This document shows positions 1 through 7,691 of a stretch of 32,000 nt of DNA, piece after piece. The DNA is from Massilicoli timonensis (GTDB lineage: Bacteria; Bacillota_I; Bacilli_A; Erysipelotrichales; Erysipelotrichaceae), in contig NZ_LT963434.1 of the NCBI RefSeq assembly GCF_900199515.1, forward strand, positions 1,862,180 to 1,894,179, in the 5' to 3' direction. The notes under the pieces are model-generated. The model did no database searches. It was not told the origin of the DNA and worked only from the letters and a program-made list of their open reading frames with translations. The position numbers were made by a program, and so were the translations under genes. Numbering within the stretch: position 1 is the stretch's first letter; every line of letters starts with the position of its first letter.

Positions 1-119
1 TGCTCATTTATGCGATTCGTGAAAGAAATTTTTATGATGTTACGGATTTAGCAGAAAAAGCAAAGCAGGCAGCTTTAGAGGATATTGTCAATGTGCGCAA
101 GCGAATGAATGAAGAATAG
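1..119 (+). CDS. 3' end of an unidentified CDS (partial, runs off window start)
   Basis: Open frame from position 3 to TAG 117-119 (...LIYAIRERNFYDVTDLAEKAKQAALEDIVNVRKRMNEE*). The next start is only 21 nt away, so it is probably in the same operon. 38 aa is too short to assign a family. Confidence 0.4.
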   Translation, partial: LIYAIRERNFYDVTDLAEKAKQAALEDIVNVRKRMNEE

Positions 120-140
120 GCAGAGGAAGGAGAGAAATAC

Positions 141-563
141 TTGTACGAGATGCTGATATTATCACACGGTGCTTTAGCAAGCGGGTATTATCAGACAATG
201 AAGATGATCTTAGGAGAAGAACCGAATCTTACATATTGTGCGCTGGAAGAAGGTGAATCAAGTGAGGAGCTGGAGCATAAGCTTGCTTCCATTATCGACT
301 GGGGAAGCGGTTCACCGTTGCTTGTCATGGCAGATATTTACAGCGGATCACCATGCCGTACTGCAATCATGCACCTATTTAAGGCAAAAAAAGAGTGCTA
401 TTTGATTGCCGGCATCAATTTACCACTGGTCATGGAAGCTTATATGCAAAGGAACAGTGACTTACAAACGGTGTTGGATCATCTTGTCGAAACCGCGAAA
501 GACAATGTGATAAATGTGAATGAACGATTATTAAAAGTAAAAGAAAACAGTGAAGATGAATAG
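141..563 (+). CDS. PTS mannose/fructose/sorbose-family EIIA component
   Basis: 140 aa. The N-terminal 'LILSHGALASG' matches the EIIA-Man phospho-His region. AAGGAG at 127-132 lies 8 nt before TTG 141; an alternative ATG is at 150. Confidence 0.85.
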   Translation: MYEMLILSHGALASGYYQTMKMILGEEPNLTYCALEEGESSEELEHKLASIIDWGSGSPLLVMADIYSGSPCRTAIMHLFKAKKECYLIAGINLPLVMEAYMQRNSDLQTVLDHLVETAKDNVINVNERLLKVKENSEDE

Positions 564-574
564 GAGATGAAATA

Positions 575-1351
575 ATGGAAAGTCTAAATTTTATACAGAT
601 TATATTATTAACATTGTATGCTTTTATCGCAATCAATGATGCGATCCACATGGATTTCGGATTAAACAGACCTTTGATTGCCGGCTGCTTTGCCGGATTT
701 GTAATGGGAGATCTTGCGTTTGGATTAAGTGTTGGTGCAACACTGCAGTTGATGGTGCTTGGTGTTTCTTCCTTCGGTGGTTCTTCGCTTCCTGATTTCA
801 TGAGTGCGGCACTGATTGGAACCGCGCTTGGCACGATCAGCGGAAAAGGAGTGGAATTTGGTATCGGCTTGGCAGTGCCGGTAGGTATGCTACTGGTGCA
901 GCTTGATGTATTTGCCCGTTTTGCAAACACTTTCTTTCAGCACCGTGCGGATCGCTATATGGAAAGCGTTAATATCAAAGGTATTGAACGCATGAATGTG
1001 TTGGGGGTATTCTGCTGGGGCTTATCTCGTGCCATTCCGGTATTTTTATGCCTGGTATTAGGCAGTGAATTGGTACAAAATTTTGTCGCTTATTTCCCGG
1101 ACTGGCTAAGCGCAGGCTTAAAGGTAGCAGGCGGACTGTTGCCGGTTGTCGGAATCGCAATCTTATTAAAGTATCTGCCTACTAAAAAATATACTGCTTA
1201 TCTGCTGATCGGCTTTGTATTGGCAGCATATCTAAGTATGCCGATGCTCGGGGTAGCACTTGTCGGAGCAGCATTAGCCTTGATGGCTTATCGTAAAAGT
1301 GGGGAAAAAGAATTGGTAAAGTCAATGGAAGGAGCGGATGAAGATGAGTAA
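575..1351 (+). CDS. PTS mannose-family EIIC membrane component
   Basis: 258 aa polytopic protein resembling ManY/SorA/AgaW. AGGAG RBS. Sits between the EIIA and EIID genes. Confidence 0.9.
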   Translation: MESLNFIQIILLTLYAFIAINDAIHMDFGLNRPLIAGCFAGFVMGDLAFGLSVGATLQLMVLGVSSFGGSSLPDFMSAALIGTALGTISGKGVEFGIGLAVPVGMLLVQLDVFARFANTFFQHRADRYMESVNIKGIERMNVLGVFCWGLSRAIPVFLCLVLGSELVQNFVAYFPDWLSAGLKVAGGLLPVVGIAILLKYLPTKKYTAYLLIGFVLAAYLSMPMLGVALVGAALALMAYRKSGEKELVKSMEGADEDE

Positions 1352-2135
1352 AATTTCATTGCAGGATATTAAAAAAGTACGTTATCGTTGGTTGTTGCTT
1401 GGTGAAGCCGCATGGAACTATGAAAAAATGCAGGGATTGGGATACTGTTATTCAATGATTCCGGTGCTGAAGAAACTATATCCGGATGAAGCAGATATGA
1501 AAAAAGCATTGCAAACGCATTTACAGTTCTTTAATACACATCAGGAATTTGCGGAGATCATTTTAGGAATTGACATCGCGATGGAAGAAAAAGAAGGTGC
1601 TGCTTCACTAGAGGCGGTATCGGCGATCAAAACTGGATTGATGGGTCCGCTTGCCGGTATCGGTGATACGCTGTTTGGTGTCATTGCCAATACGATCTTT
1701 TTCTCAGTTGGCTCTTATATGGCGCTGGAAGGGAATCCGATTGGTATCTTCCTGTATTTGATCTGGGGCGTCGTACGTGTTATCATGCGTGGTTATTTCA
1801 TTCGCATCGGTTATCGGGAAGGAACAAAACTTATTGAAAATTTAGGCGATAAAATGAATCGTGTAACCGAAGCCGCAAGTATCTTAGGATTAACGGTGGT
1901 TGGAGCGCTGATTCCAAGTGTGGTAAGTGCTAATGTGCCGTTTGTGTTTAAGAGCGGCGAAGTAGAGATGGAGCTGCAGGCGATCTTGAATCAGATCATG
2001 CCGGGATTGATTCCGGTGCTACTTGTCTTATTGGTATATACATTGTTGAATCGAAAAGGCATGACTTCTTTCAAAGCGATCATCTTCGTTATGATCTTAG
2101 GAATCGCGTGCAGTGCAGCCGGTATTTTAGGTTAG
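1338..2135 (+). CDS. PTS mannose-family EIID membrane component
   Basis: 265 aa. Carries the N-terminal 'WNYEKMQGLGYCYSMIP' EIID signature. Overlaps the EIIC stop by 14 nt. Confidence 0.9.
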   Translation: MKMSKISLQDIKKVRYRWLLLGEAAWNYEKMQGLGYCYSMIPVLKKLYPDEADMKKALQTHLQFFNTHQEFAEIILGIDIAMEEKEGAASLEAVSAIKTGLMGPLAGIGDTLFGVIANTIFFSVGSYMALEGNPIGIFLYLIWGVVRVIMRGYFIRIGYREGTKLIENLGDKMNRVTEAASILGLTVVGALIPSVVSANVPFVFKSGEVEMELQAILNQIMPGLIPVLLVLLVYTLLNRKGMTSFKAIIFVMILGIACSAAGILG

Positions 2136-2148
2136 TGGAGGAATCATT

Positions 2149-2637
2149 ATGACAAAAGGATTAGTTCATGTGCGCATAGATGATCGTTTGATCCATGGAC
2201 AGGTTGCAGTTTATTGGTGCAATGCGGTCAATGCGACCAGAATCATGGTTGCCAATGATGAAATGTATCAAAATGAAGTGCAGAAAGCAGCTTTAAGATT
2301 AGTAGTGCCGGCAGGCTTAAAGTCCTCGCTGTTAGATGTCGAAAAAGCAGCGCAGAATTTAGTGAGTGGAAAATATGAAGGACAGCGGGTCATTTTAGTC
2401 GTACGTCGTCCTGCCGATGTTTTAAGAATGATGGATCGCGGAGTAACTATCACACAAGTGAATATCGGTAATCTTCCAGCGCGGGAAGGAACGCGCAATA
2501 TCAAAAAAAGCATCAATATGACGATACAGGAAATGGAAGAATGCAGAGAATTAAATCGTCGCGGGGTAAAACTAACCGGGAAACAAGTACCGGATAATGC
2601 CGATGATGATCTAATAGAACTAATCAATAAACAATAA
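2149..2637 (+). CDS. PTS mannose/sorbose-family EIIB component
   Basis: 162 aa. 'VHVRIDDRLIHGQV' is the phospho-His motif of EIIB-Man/Sor. GGAGG RBS. Confidence 0.9.
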   Translation: MTKGLVHVRIDDRLIHGQVAVYWCNAVNATRIMVANDEMYQNEVQKAALRLVVPAGLKSSLLDVEKAAQNLVSGKYEGQRVILVVRRPADVLRMMDRGVTITQVNIGNLPAREGTRNIKKSINMTIQEMEECRELNRRGVKLTGKQVPDNADDDLIELINKQ

Positions 2638-2639
2638 GT

Positions 2640-2671
2640 GGAAGGCATCACATTATGTGATGTTTTCTTCC
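2640..2671 (+). terminator. Weak hairpin, possibly a partial terminator or processing site between EIIB and patB
   Basis: 'GGAAGgCATCACAttaTGTGATGttttCTTCC'. The inner 7-bp stem (2646-2652/2656-2662) is followed by TTTT. The 3-nt loop is short and there is no long U-run. Confidence 0.3.
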
Positions 2672-2704
2672 ATATCGAAAAAGAAATAGAAAGCAGGTGA
2701 AATA

Positions 2705-3886
2705 ATGTATCAATTTGACCAAGTATGCAGTCGGTTACATACAAGCTGTACAAAATGGGATCGTTATGAGAACCGCTATCAGCTGCATGATGTGATCCCA
2801 CTTTGGGTTGCTGATATGGATTTTGCATGTATGCCACAAATCAAGGAAGCAATGGCAAAGCGGCTTCAGCATCCTATTTACGGCTATACCGATCCATCTG
2901 ATGATGTATATGAGGCAATTATTGAATGGGAGAAACGCCGCCATGGCATAACCGTGAAAAAAGAAGAAATCGTTTTGAACACCGGAGTCGTCTATGGATT
3001 TTATGCTCTGATCGAAATGCTGGTAAAAGAAAATGAAAAAGTAATCGTCCAGCCGCCTGTTTATCCGCCTTTTTTCAACACGCCGAAAAGCCTGTGCCGT
3101 AAAGTCATATATAGTCCGCTTCTTCATGATGAAAATGGCTGGCATATGGATTTTGAAGGGTTCGAGGAACACTTGAAAAAGGATCCTTCTATATCACTGT
3201 TCCTTCTGTGTAATCCACATAATCCAACCGGTAACTGCTATACGCTTGAAGAGATCGAACGTATCATAGCGATTTGTGATCGCTATCATGTATGGGTCAT
3301 ATCTGATGAGATCCATGCGGATATTGTCATGCCGAATCAGCATCATGTGAGTGCGCTGAAATGTGATGCATCTTATCATGATCATTTGATCGTACTGGGA
3401 TCACCGACTAAAACATTTAATTTGGCAGGATTGAAAATATCGTATGCAATTGTAAAAAATAACGCCTTGCAAGCAGAGTTTGCGGCGAAAGCAAAAGCAA
3501 GCGGCCTTTCCAGCATCAATATTTTTGGCTTTGAGGCGCTTATTTGTGCGTATCGGGAAGGAGAACAATGGAATCAAGCATGCTGTACTTATATTTATGA
3601 GAATTTTCAGTTTCTAAAACACTTTATTGAAACGTATATGCCGCAGGTTGCATTCACAATTCCACAGGCGACTTATCTGGCATGGCTGGATTTTTCAAAA
3701 CTGCGTGTACCAAAGGACTTTGCGAGCAGACTAAAGTGGGAAGGTCATGTGGAGGTGCAGGAGGGAAGTGGTTTTGGCTCAGCTTATAGCAGCTATCAGC
3801 GTATCAATGTCGCCTGCCCGCGTGCAACACTTGAGGAGGGGATGAAACGGATCTATGCATGGCTGAAACAGCATAGTTATTTGTAG
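2705..3886 (+). CDS. patB: PatB/MalY-family PLP-dependent C-S lyase (class I/II aminotransferase fold)
   Basis: 393 aa. N-terminal 'TKWDRY...VIPLWVADMDF', 'CNPHNPTG', and the PLP-lysine motif 'GSPTKTFNLAGL' are typical of MalY/PatB cystathionine beta-lyase-like enzymes. Confidence 0.85.
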   Translation: MYQFDQVCSRLHTSCTKWDRYENRYQLHDVIPLWVADMDFACMPQIKEAMAKRLQHPIYGYTDPSDDVYEAIIEWEKRRHGITVKKEEIVLNTGVVYGFYALIEMLVKENEKVIVQPPVYPPFFNTPKSLCRKVIYSPLLHDENGWHMDFEGFEEHLKKDPSISLFLLCNPHNPTGNCYTLEEIERIIAICDRYHVWVISDEIHADIVMPNQHHVSALKCDASYHDHLIVLGSPTKTFNLAGLKISYAIVKNNALQAEFAAKAKASGLSSINIFGFEALICAYREGEQWNQACCTYIYENFQFLKHFIETYMPQVAFTIPQATYLAWLDFSKLRVPKDFASRLKWEGHVEVQEGSGFGSAYSSYQRINVACPRATLEEGMKRIYAWLKQHSYL

Positions 3887-3902
3887 AAATCGGAGGTAGT
3901 TT

Positions 3903-5825
3903 ATGATCTTGCTGAATGAACGCTTAAAAGAAATTATTCGCATACTAAAAGAAGCAGATAACTATGTGACGAGCAAACAACTGGCAGATGCCCTGAATAT
4001 CAGTGTTAGAACGATCAAAAGCACAATGAAAGGACTAAAAAAAGAGCTAGAGGGATATGGAGCCGTATTAGAAATTAAACGCGGTGTTGGATATCGTCTT
4101 TATATTATAGCAGAAGAAGCTTTTTTACCAATCAATAACCGAATCGCTAATCAGACATCAAAGCATTTTCCTCATACGCAAAAAGAACGTTCAATCTATA
4201 TCATTAAAAAACTGCTTTCACTTGATTATCCAATCAAATTGGATGATCTTGCTGATGAATTATATGTCAGTCGCAATACCGTTTCTTTAGATATCAGAGA
4301 AGTAAAGAGACTTTTACAAAACTATCACTTAACAATTGTACAATCAAATAACGGCATTATTGTGGAAGGCAGTGAGATCCAGAAACGGCTCTGCATCAAT
4401 GATTTCTTTTTTCAAGATGCGATGAAAGACTTTTTTGTTCAAAACAATATCATGTTTTCCAGTGAATACAATCAAAATGAGATTCGCTATATCCGGGAAG
4501 CGTTGTTGCATGTTTTGAATCAGCATAATATCCACTTTTCTGATGTATCTATTCAAAATATGGTGATTCATATCGTAATTGCTCTGCGCCGAAGCAAGTT
4601 TTATCAATATGTATCTTTTGATCAAGAAATCATCAAGGAAATGAAATCACTGAAAGCATATGAGGCGGCAGTTGCATTAAAAAAGATGCTGGAGGAACAG
4701 TTGAGCATTTATCTTCCTGAACAGGAAACGATTTACCTGACAATGCACATTTTATCGAAAACGGTCATGGGAAGTGAGGATATTCGCAAAGGTGATCTAT
4801 CTCATATGGACAGCCTGCTGGAAAAAGTATTTGCACGATTAGAGCAACGCTTTCATTTGCATTTGAAAAAAGATACGGAAATCTATGAATTCTTAAAACT
4901 TCATATCCCTTCGATGGCAGAGCGCATCCGTTTGCAGTTGACTCTGCGCAATCCGCTGCTTTTAGAAAACAATCGGCGTTATCCTTTTGCGGTAGAATTA
5001 ACATTAGAAGCAGTTGATGTGATTGAACAAACTTTACAGATTGAAATTGATCATAATGAATTTGGTTATCTTGTGCTTTATTTTAATCTAGCATGGAATC
5101 GTTACCAAAGCCGGATCAAAAAACGGCTGATACTGGTAAGCGGCTATGGCAGGCCGGAAATGATCATGACCTTAAACACCCTAAACGAAAACTTCAAAGG
5201 CTTGATTGATGAGATCATTACATGTGATGTCTTTGAGTTAGAAACATTTTCTTTTCAGCACAATGATATTATCATTACGACCATTCCGATCATGACCTGT
5301 GTAAGTGCTCCAGTGGTATTTATACAGGGAAAGGTAGAATATTATTATCATGAAATATTGTCCTTGTTAAAAAGTGAATACGACATCAATAATTCTATAC
5401 GGGAATATTTGCCGGAATGTTTGTACCGTGAAAGTGTCGCCTGCAAAACGAAGCAGGATGTATTTATGACGTTAAAGGAAATGCTGGAAACGATTGGCAG
5501 TGAAGAGCAGGCAAAGCAACTGATAAAAGGAATTTATCGCTTAGGAAATGAAGTGGGAAATGATATTGTGTGCCTGCATTCTCGCTACGATGCCAAACGA
5601 CCGCTTATAGCCTTTATCAGTTTGAAGAATCCTATGCTATGGGAAAAGCATCATGTACGCTATCTGTTTTTTATGAATATGAATGCGGAAACGGACAAAG
5701 AAATTGTTCATCATATGTATCATCTGATCTCGAATTGGGCAGATCAAAAGACAAGAATCAACTATTATGCGAAAAATCAGAGTTATGAAGTCCTGATTGA
5801 AAATTTAGACAACAGTAAAACATAA
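3903..5825 (+). CDS. PRD-domain transcriptional regulator, MtlR/LicR/ManR type (HTH-HTH-PRD-PRD-EIIB-like-EIIA-like)
   Basis: 640 aa. Two N-terminal winged-HTH regions ('VTSKQLADALNISVRTIK', 'LADELYVSRNTVSLDI'). PRD-like His motifs 'MVIHIVIALRR', 'YLTMHILSK' and 'LKLHIPSMAERI'. A C-terminal 'RLILVSGYGRPEM' EIIB-like region and an EIIA-like tail. No sigma-54 AAA+ module was seen. Confidence 0.8.
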   Translation: MILLNERLKEIIRILKEADNYVTSKQLADALNISVRTIKSTMKGLKKELEGYGAVLEIKRGVGYRLYIIAEEAFLPINNRIANQTSKHFPHTQKERSIYIIKKLLSLDYPIKLDDLADELYVSRNTVSLDIREVKRLLQNYHLTIVQSNNGIIVEGSEIQKRLCINDFFFQDAMKDFFVQNNIMFSSEYNQNEIRYIREALLHVLNQHNIHFSDVSIQNMVIHIVIALRRSKFYQYVSFDQEIIKEMKSLKAYEAAVALKKMLEEQLSIYLPEQETIYLTMHILSKTVMGSEDIRKGDLSHMDSLLEKVFARLEQRFHLHLKKDTEIYEFLKLHIPSMAERIRLQLTLRNPLLLENNRRYPFAVELTLEAVDVIEQTLQIEIDHNEFGYLVLYFNLAWNRYQSRIKKRLILVSGYGRPEMIMTLNTLNENFKGLIDEIITCDVFELETFSFQHNDIIITTIPIMTCVSAPVVFIQGKVEYYYHEILSLLKSEYDINNSIREYLPECLYRESVACKTKQDVFMTLKEMLETIGSEEQAKQLIKGIYRLGNEVGNDIVCLHSRYDAKRPLIAFISLKNPMLWEKHHVRYLFFMNMNAETDKEIVHHMYHLISNWADQKTRINYYAKNQSYEVLIENLDNSKT

Positions 5826-5838
5826 AGGAGGAAGAAAG

Positions 5839-6588
5839 ATGAAAGCTTGGCAAAACTATTTTCAAACGATGCAGGCAGTAGTGGAAGATGTATTAGAAAC
5901 ACAAGAAGAAGCAATTATGAAAGCTGCTCGCATATTGGCGGATACAACGAAGAAGGGTGGTATTATTTATGGGTTCGGTACAGGTCATTCGCATTTGGTT
6001 TGCGATGATGCATTTTGGCGTGCCGCAACCCCAGCGAACTACTGTGCGCTGTTAGAGCAAAGTGCGACCGGGAGTTTTGAAATTACCAAAAGCTATCATA
6101 TCGAGAATACCTATGGAATCGGCAAGCTGCTTGTAGATTATCATCGAATTACCCCAAATGACTGCATGATCATCATTTCTAATTCTGGCAATAACATCGC
6201 TCCGGTAGACGCGGCATTGCGGGCAAAAGAAAAGGGAATACCAGTCATTGCCATTACCGCATGTGCTTATAGTGATTATTTGCATACGAAGCACAAAGAC
6301 AATGTAAAATTGAAAGATGTGGCAGATGTCGTATTGGATAATCGTTCGCTTATTGGTGATGCGGCTGTGGAAATTGATGGATTTGATATGAAAGTGGGAT
6401 CGACCAGCACAATTCCAAATGTATTTTTACAAAATGCCATTTTAGTAGAGATGGTGGAATTATTGGTAGAAGAGGGCATAAAACCGGATGTTTATTATAA
6501 CGGACATATGGCTTTCATGAAGGAAGCATGTGCAGATCATAATGAAAAGCTGGTGGATAAATATTTTTATCGTATTCGCAATTTATAG
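5839..6588 (+). CDS. SIS-domain phosphosugar-binding protein (UPF0309-like, divergent paralog a)
   Basis: 249 aa. 'GGIIYGFGTGHSH' and 'CMIIISNSGNNIAPVDAALRAKEKGIPVIAITA' match the SIS fold pattern. AGGAGG RBS. Confidence 0.75.
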   Translation: MKAWQNYFQTMQAVVEDVLETQEEAIMKAARILADTTKKGGIIYGFGTGHSHLVCDDAFWRAATPANYCALLEQSATGSFEITKSYHIENTYGIGKLLVDYHRITPNDCMIIISNSGNNIAPVDAALRAKEKGIPVIAITACAYSDYLHTKHKDNVKLKDVADVVLDNRSLIGDAAVEIDGFDMKVGSTSTIPNVFLQNAILVEMVELLVEEGIKPDVYYNGHMAFMKEACADHNEKLVDKYFYRIRNL

Positions 6589-6596
6589 GAGTGCTT

Positions 6597-7340
6597 ATGG
6601 ATTATAGCAATCAATATTTAGGACATATCAAAGAACTGCTGAAACGCTTGGAAAAAGAGCAGATGGGGGTAATGCAAAAAGGTGCAGCGCAGATGGCAGA
6701 TGCTATCAAAGAAGGACATAGTATTTTTGTATTCGGTGCCTCTCATGCTGGTATTTTGGCTCAGGAGATGTTTTATCGTACTGGTGGTTTGGCTGTGGTG
6801 AACCCGATCTTCCCTAAAGAGGTCATGCTGGATGTGCGGCCGATTACCAAAACTTCGCAAATGGAGCGTCTAGAAGGATATGGATGCATCGCTTTGCAAA
6901 ACAGCGGTATCCATAAAGGCGATGTGTTGCTCCTGCACTCGGTATCCGGACGAAATACTATTGCTATTGATATGGCGCTGGAAGCAAAAAAGATGGGAAT
7001 CACTACCATTGCCATTACCAGTCTTGACTATTCAAAGCAAGTAACTAGCCGTCATGTATGTGGTATGAATTTATTTGAAATTGCGGATATCGTGATCGAT
7101 AATTGCGGAGAACTGGAAGATTCTTGTATGCAATTAGCAGGAATGAAGCAAAAAATCGCTCCTACTTCAACGATTATAGGAGCGGCAATCGTGAATTGTT
7201 TACTGATAATGATCGTTGAACGATTATTAGAGATGGGAGTAGAACCACCGATCTTTCATTCTGCCAATGTAGATGGTGGTGATGCATTTAATGAAAAACT
7301 GATAACTGATTATCGTGAACGCATCTTTTATATGAAATAA
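6597..7340 (+). CDS. SIS-domain phosphosugar-binding protein (UPF0309-like, paralog b)
   Basis: 'IFVFGASHAG...FYRTGGL...LLLHSVSGRNTIAIDMALEAKKMGITTIAITS...SRH' is typical of UPF0309 SIS proteins. AGGAG at 6587-6591 favours ATG 6597 over the track's GTG 6591. Confidence 0.75.
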   Translation: MDYSNQYLGHIKELLKRLEKEQMGVMQKGAAQMADAIKEGHSIFVFGASHAGILAQEMFYRTGGLAVVNPIFPKEVMLDVRPITKTSQMERLEGYGCIALQNSGIHKGDVLLLHSVSGRNTIAIDMALEAKKMGITTIAITSLDYSKQVTSRHVCGMNLFEIADIVIDNCGELEDSCMQLAGMKQKIAPTSTIIGAAIVNCLLIMIVERLLEMGVEPPIFHSANVDGGDAFNEKLITDYRERIFYMK

Positions 7341-7446
7341 ACCAGTAAGATAAGCAAGTGATACTTCTTAGGAGTGGCGACCAGTGCGGTCACGCAGCTC
7401 CCTTATAATGTTATCTAATCCATGTATTTACTGGCTTTTCACTGAT

Positions 7447-7525
7447 TACGGAGTTATCTCGTGCCTCCGTATCCTTGCTAATTTTAGGTGGTTTTATTGC
7501 CTGTGTTTTGCAGGAAATTAGCAAG
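7447..7525. other. Cluster of stem-loops in noncoding DNA (possible sRNA or element-end relic)
   Basis: A 7-bp stem TACGGAG/CTCCGTA (7447-7453/7465-7471). An 11-bp stem CTTGCTAATTT/AAATTAGCAAG (7474-7484/7515-7525) encloses an inner CCTG/CAGG hairpin. Confidence 0.3.
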
Positions 7526-7661
7526 CCGCCTGTAATTAGGGAAATGCTACAGTGTCAAATTCTTACCTCTCAATAACTTCATATGACCGCTTGTTTTATC
7601 GCAGTCCATATCGTTTAACTTGCTACTATTTTAACATAGCGGTTACAGAGTTACAATATTT

Positions 7662-7690
7662 TTTTAAGGTCGCAATTTGCAACCTCAAAC
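7662..7690 (+). repeat. Hairpin repeat A: TTTTAAGGT-N11-ACCTCAAAC
   Basis: 'ttttaaggtcgcaatttgcaacctcaaac'. The palindrome AGGTcGCAA-t-TTGCaACCT ends 7 nt downstream of the ORF6N stop. The 9+9-nt flanks are identical to repeat C at 8834-8862, with the same 11-nt spacing. Confidence 0.6.
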
Positions 7691-7691
7691 A

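Noticed and set aside
430-930. Long antisense or alternative-frame ORFs in the six-frame track. Examples: 430-930(-), 2268-2837(-), 2735-3172(-), 10976-11383(-), 13259-13657(-), 19257-19557(+), 24397-24738(+), 26072-26365(+), 28203-28733(-), 29164-29520(-), 31066-31471(+).
   Set aside because: All lie inside, opposite to or out of frame with genes that have strong family signatures. They have low-complexity or odd composition and no RBS, so they are shadow ORFs.
7359-7375. Possible terminal inverted repeat: 'TGATACTTCTTAGG' (7359, plus strand) versus 'TGATACCTCCTAAG' (minus strand at 10617-10630).
   Set aside because: The similarity fades after about 17 nt, and it overlaps the simpler direct-repeat interpretation (TACNNCTTAGGAG at both borders). 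It cannot be distinguished from chance without comparison to an intact element, so it is kept only as a note under the island finding.
7384-7471. 'GTGCG' at 7384 plus the TACGGAG...CTCCGTA hairpin suggested a group II intron 5' end and domain V.
   Set aside because: The hairpin lacks the domain V consensus (AGC triad, GNRA loop, 34-nt geometry). There is no intron-encoded protein and no 3' end motif.
7614-7625. The minus strand reads 'TAGCAAGTTAAA', identical to 12 nt of the type II-A (SpCas9) tracrRNA anti-repeat/nexus junction. This raised the idea of an orphan tracrRNA.
   Set aside because: The following sequence ('CGATATGGACTGCGATAAAAC') does not form the nexus or terminal hairpins. There are no CRISPR repeats and no cas genes in the window. 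A single 12-mer match recognised post hoc is weak evidence.
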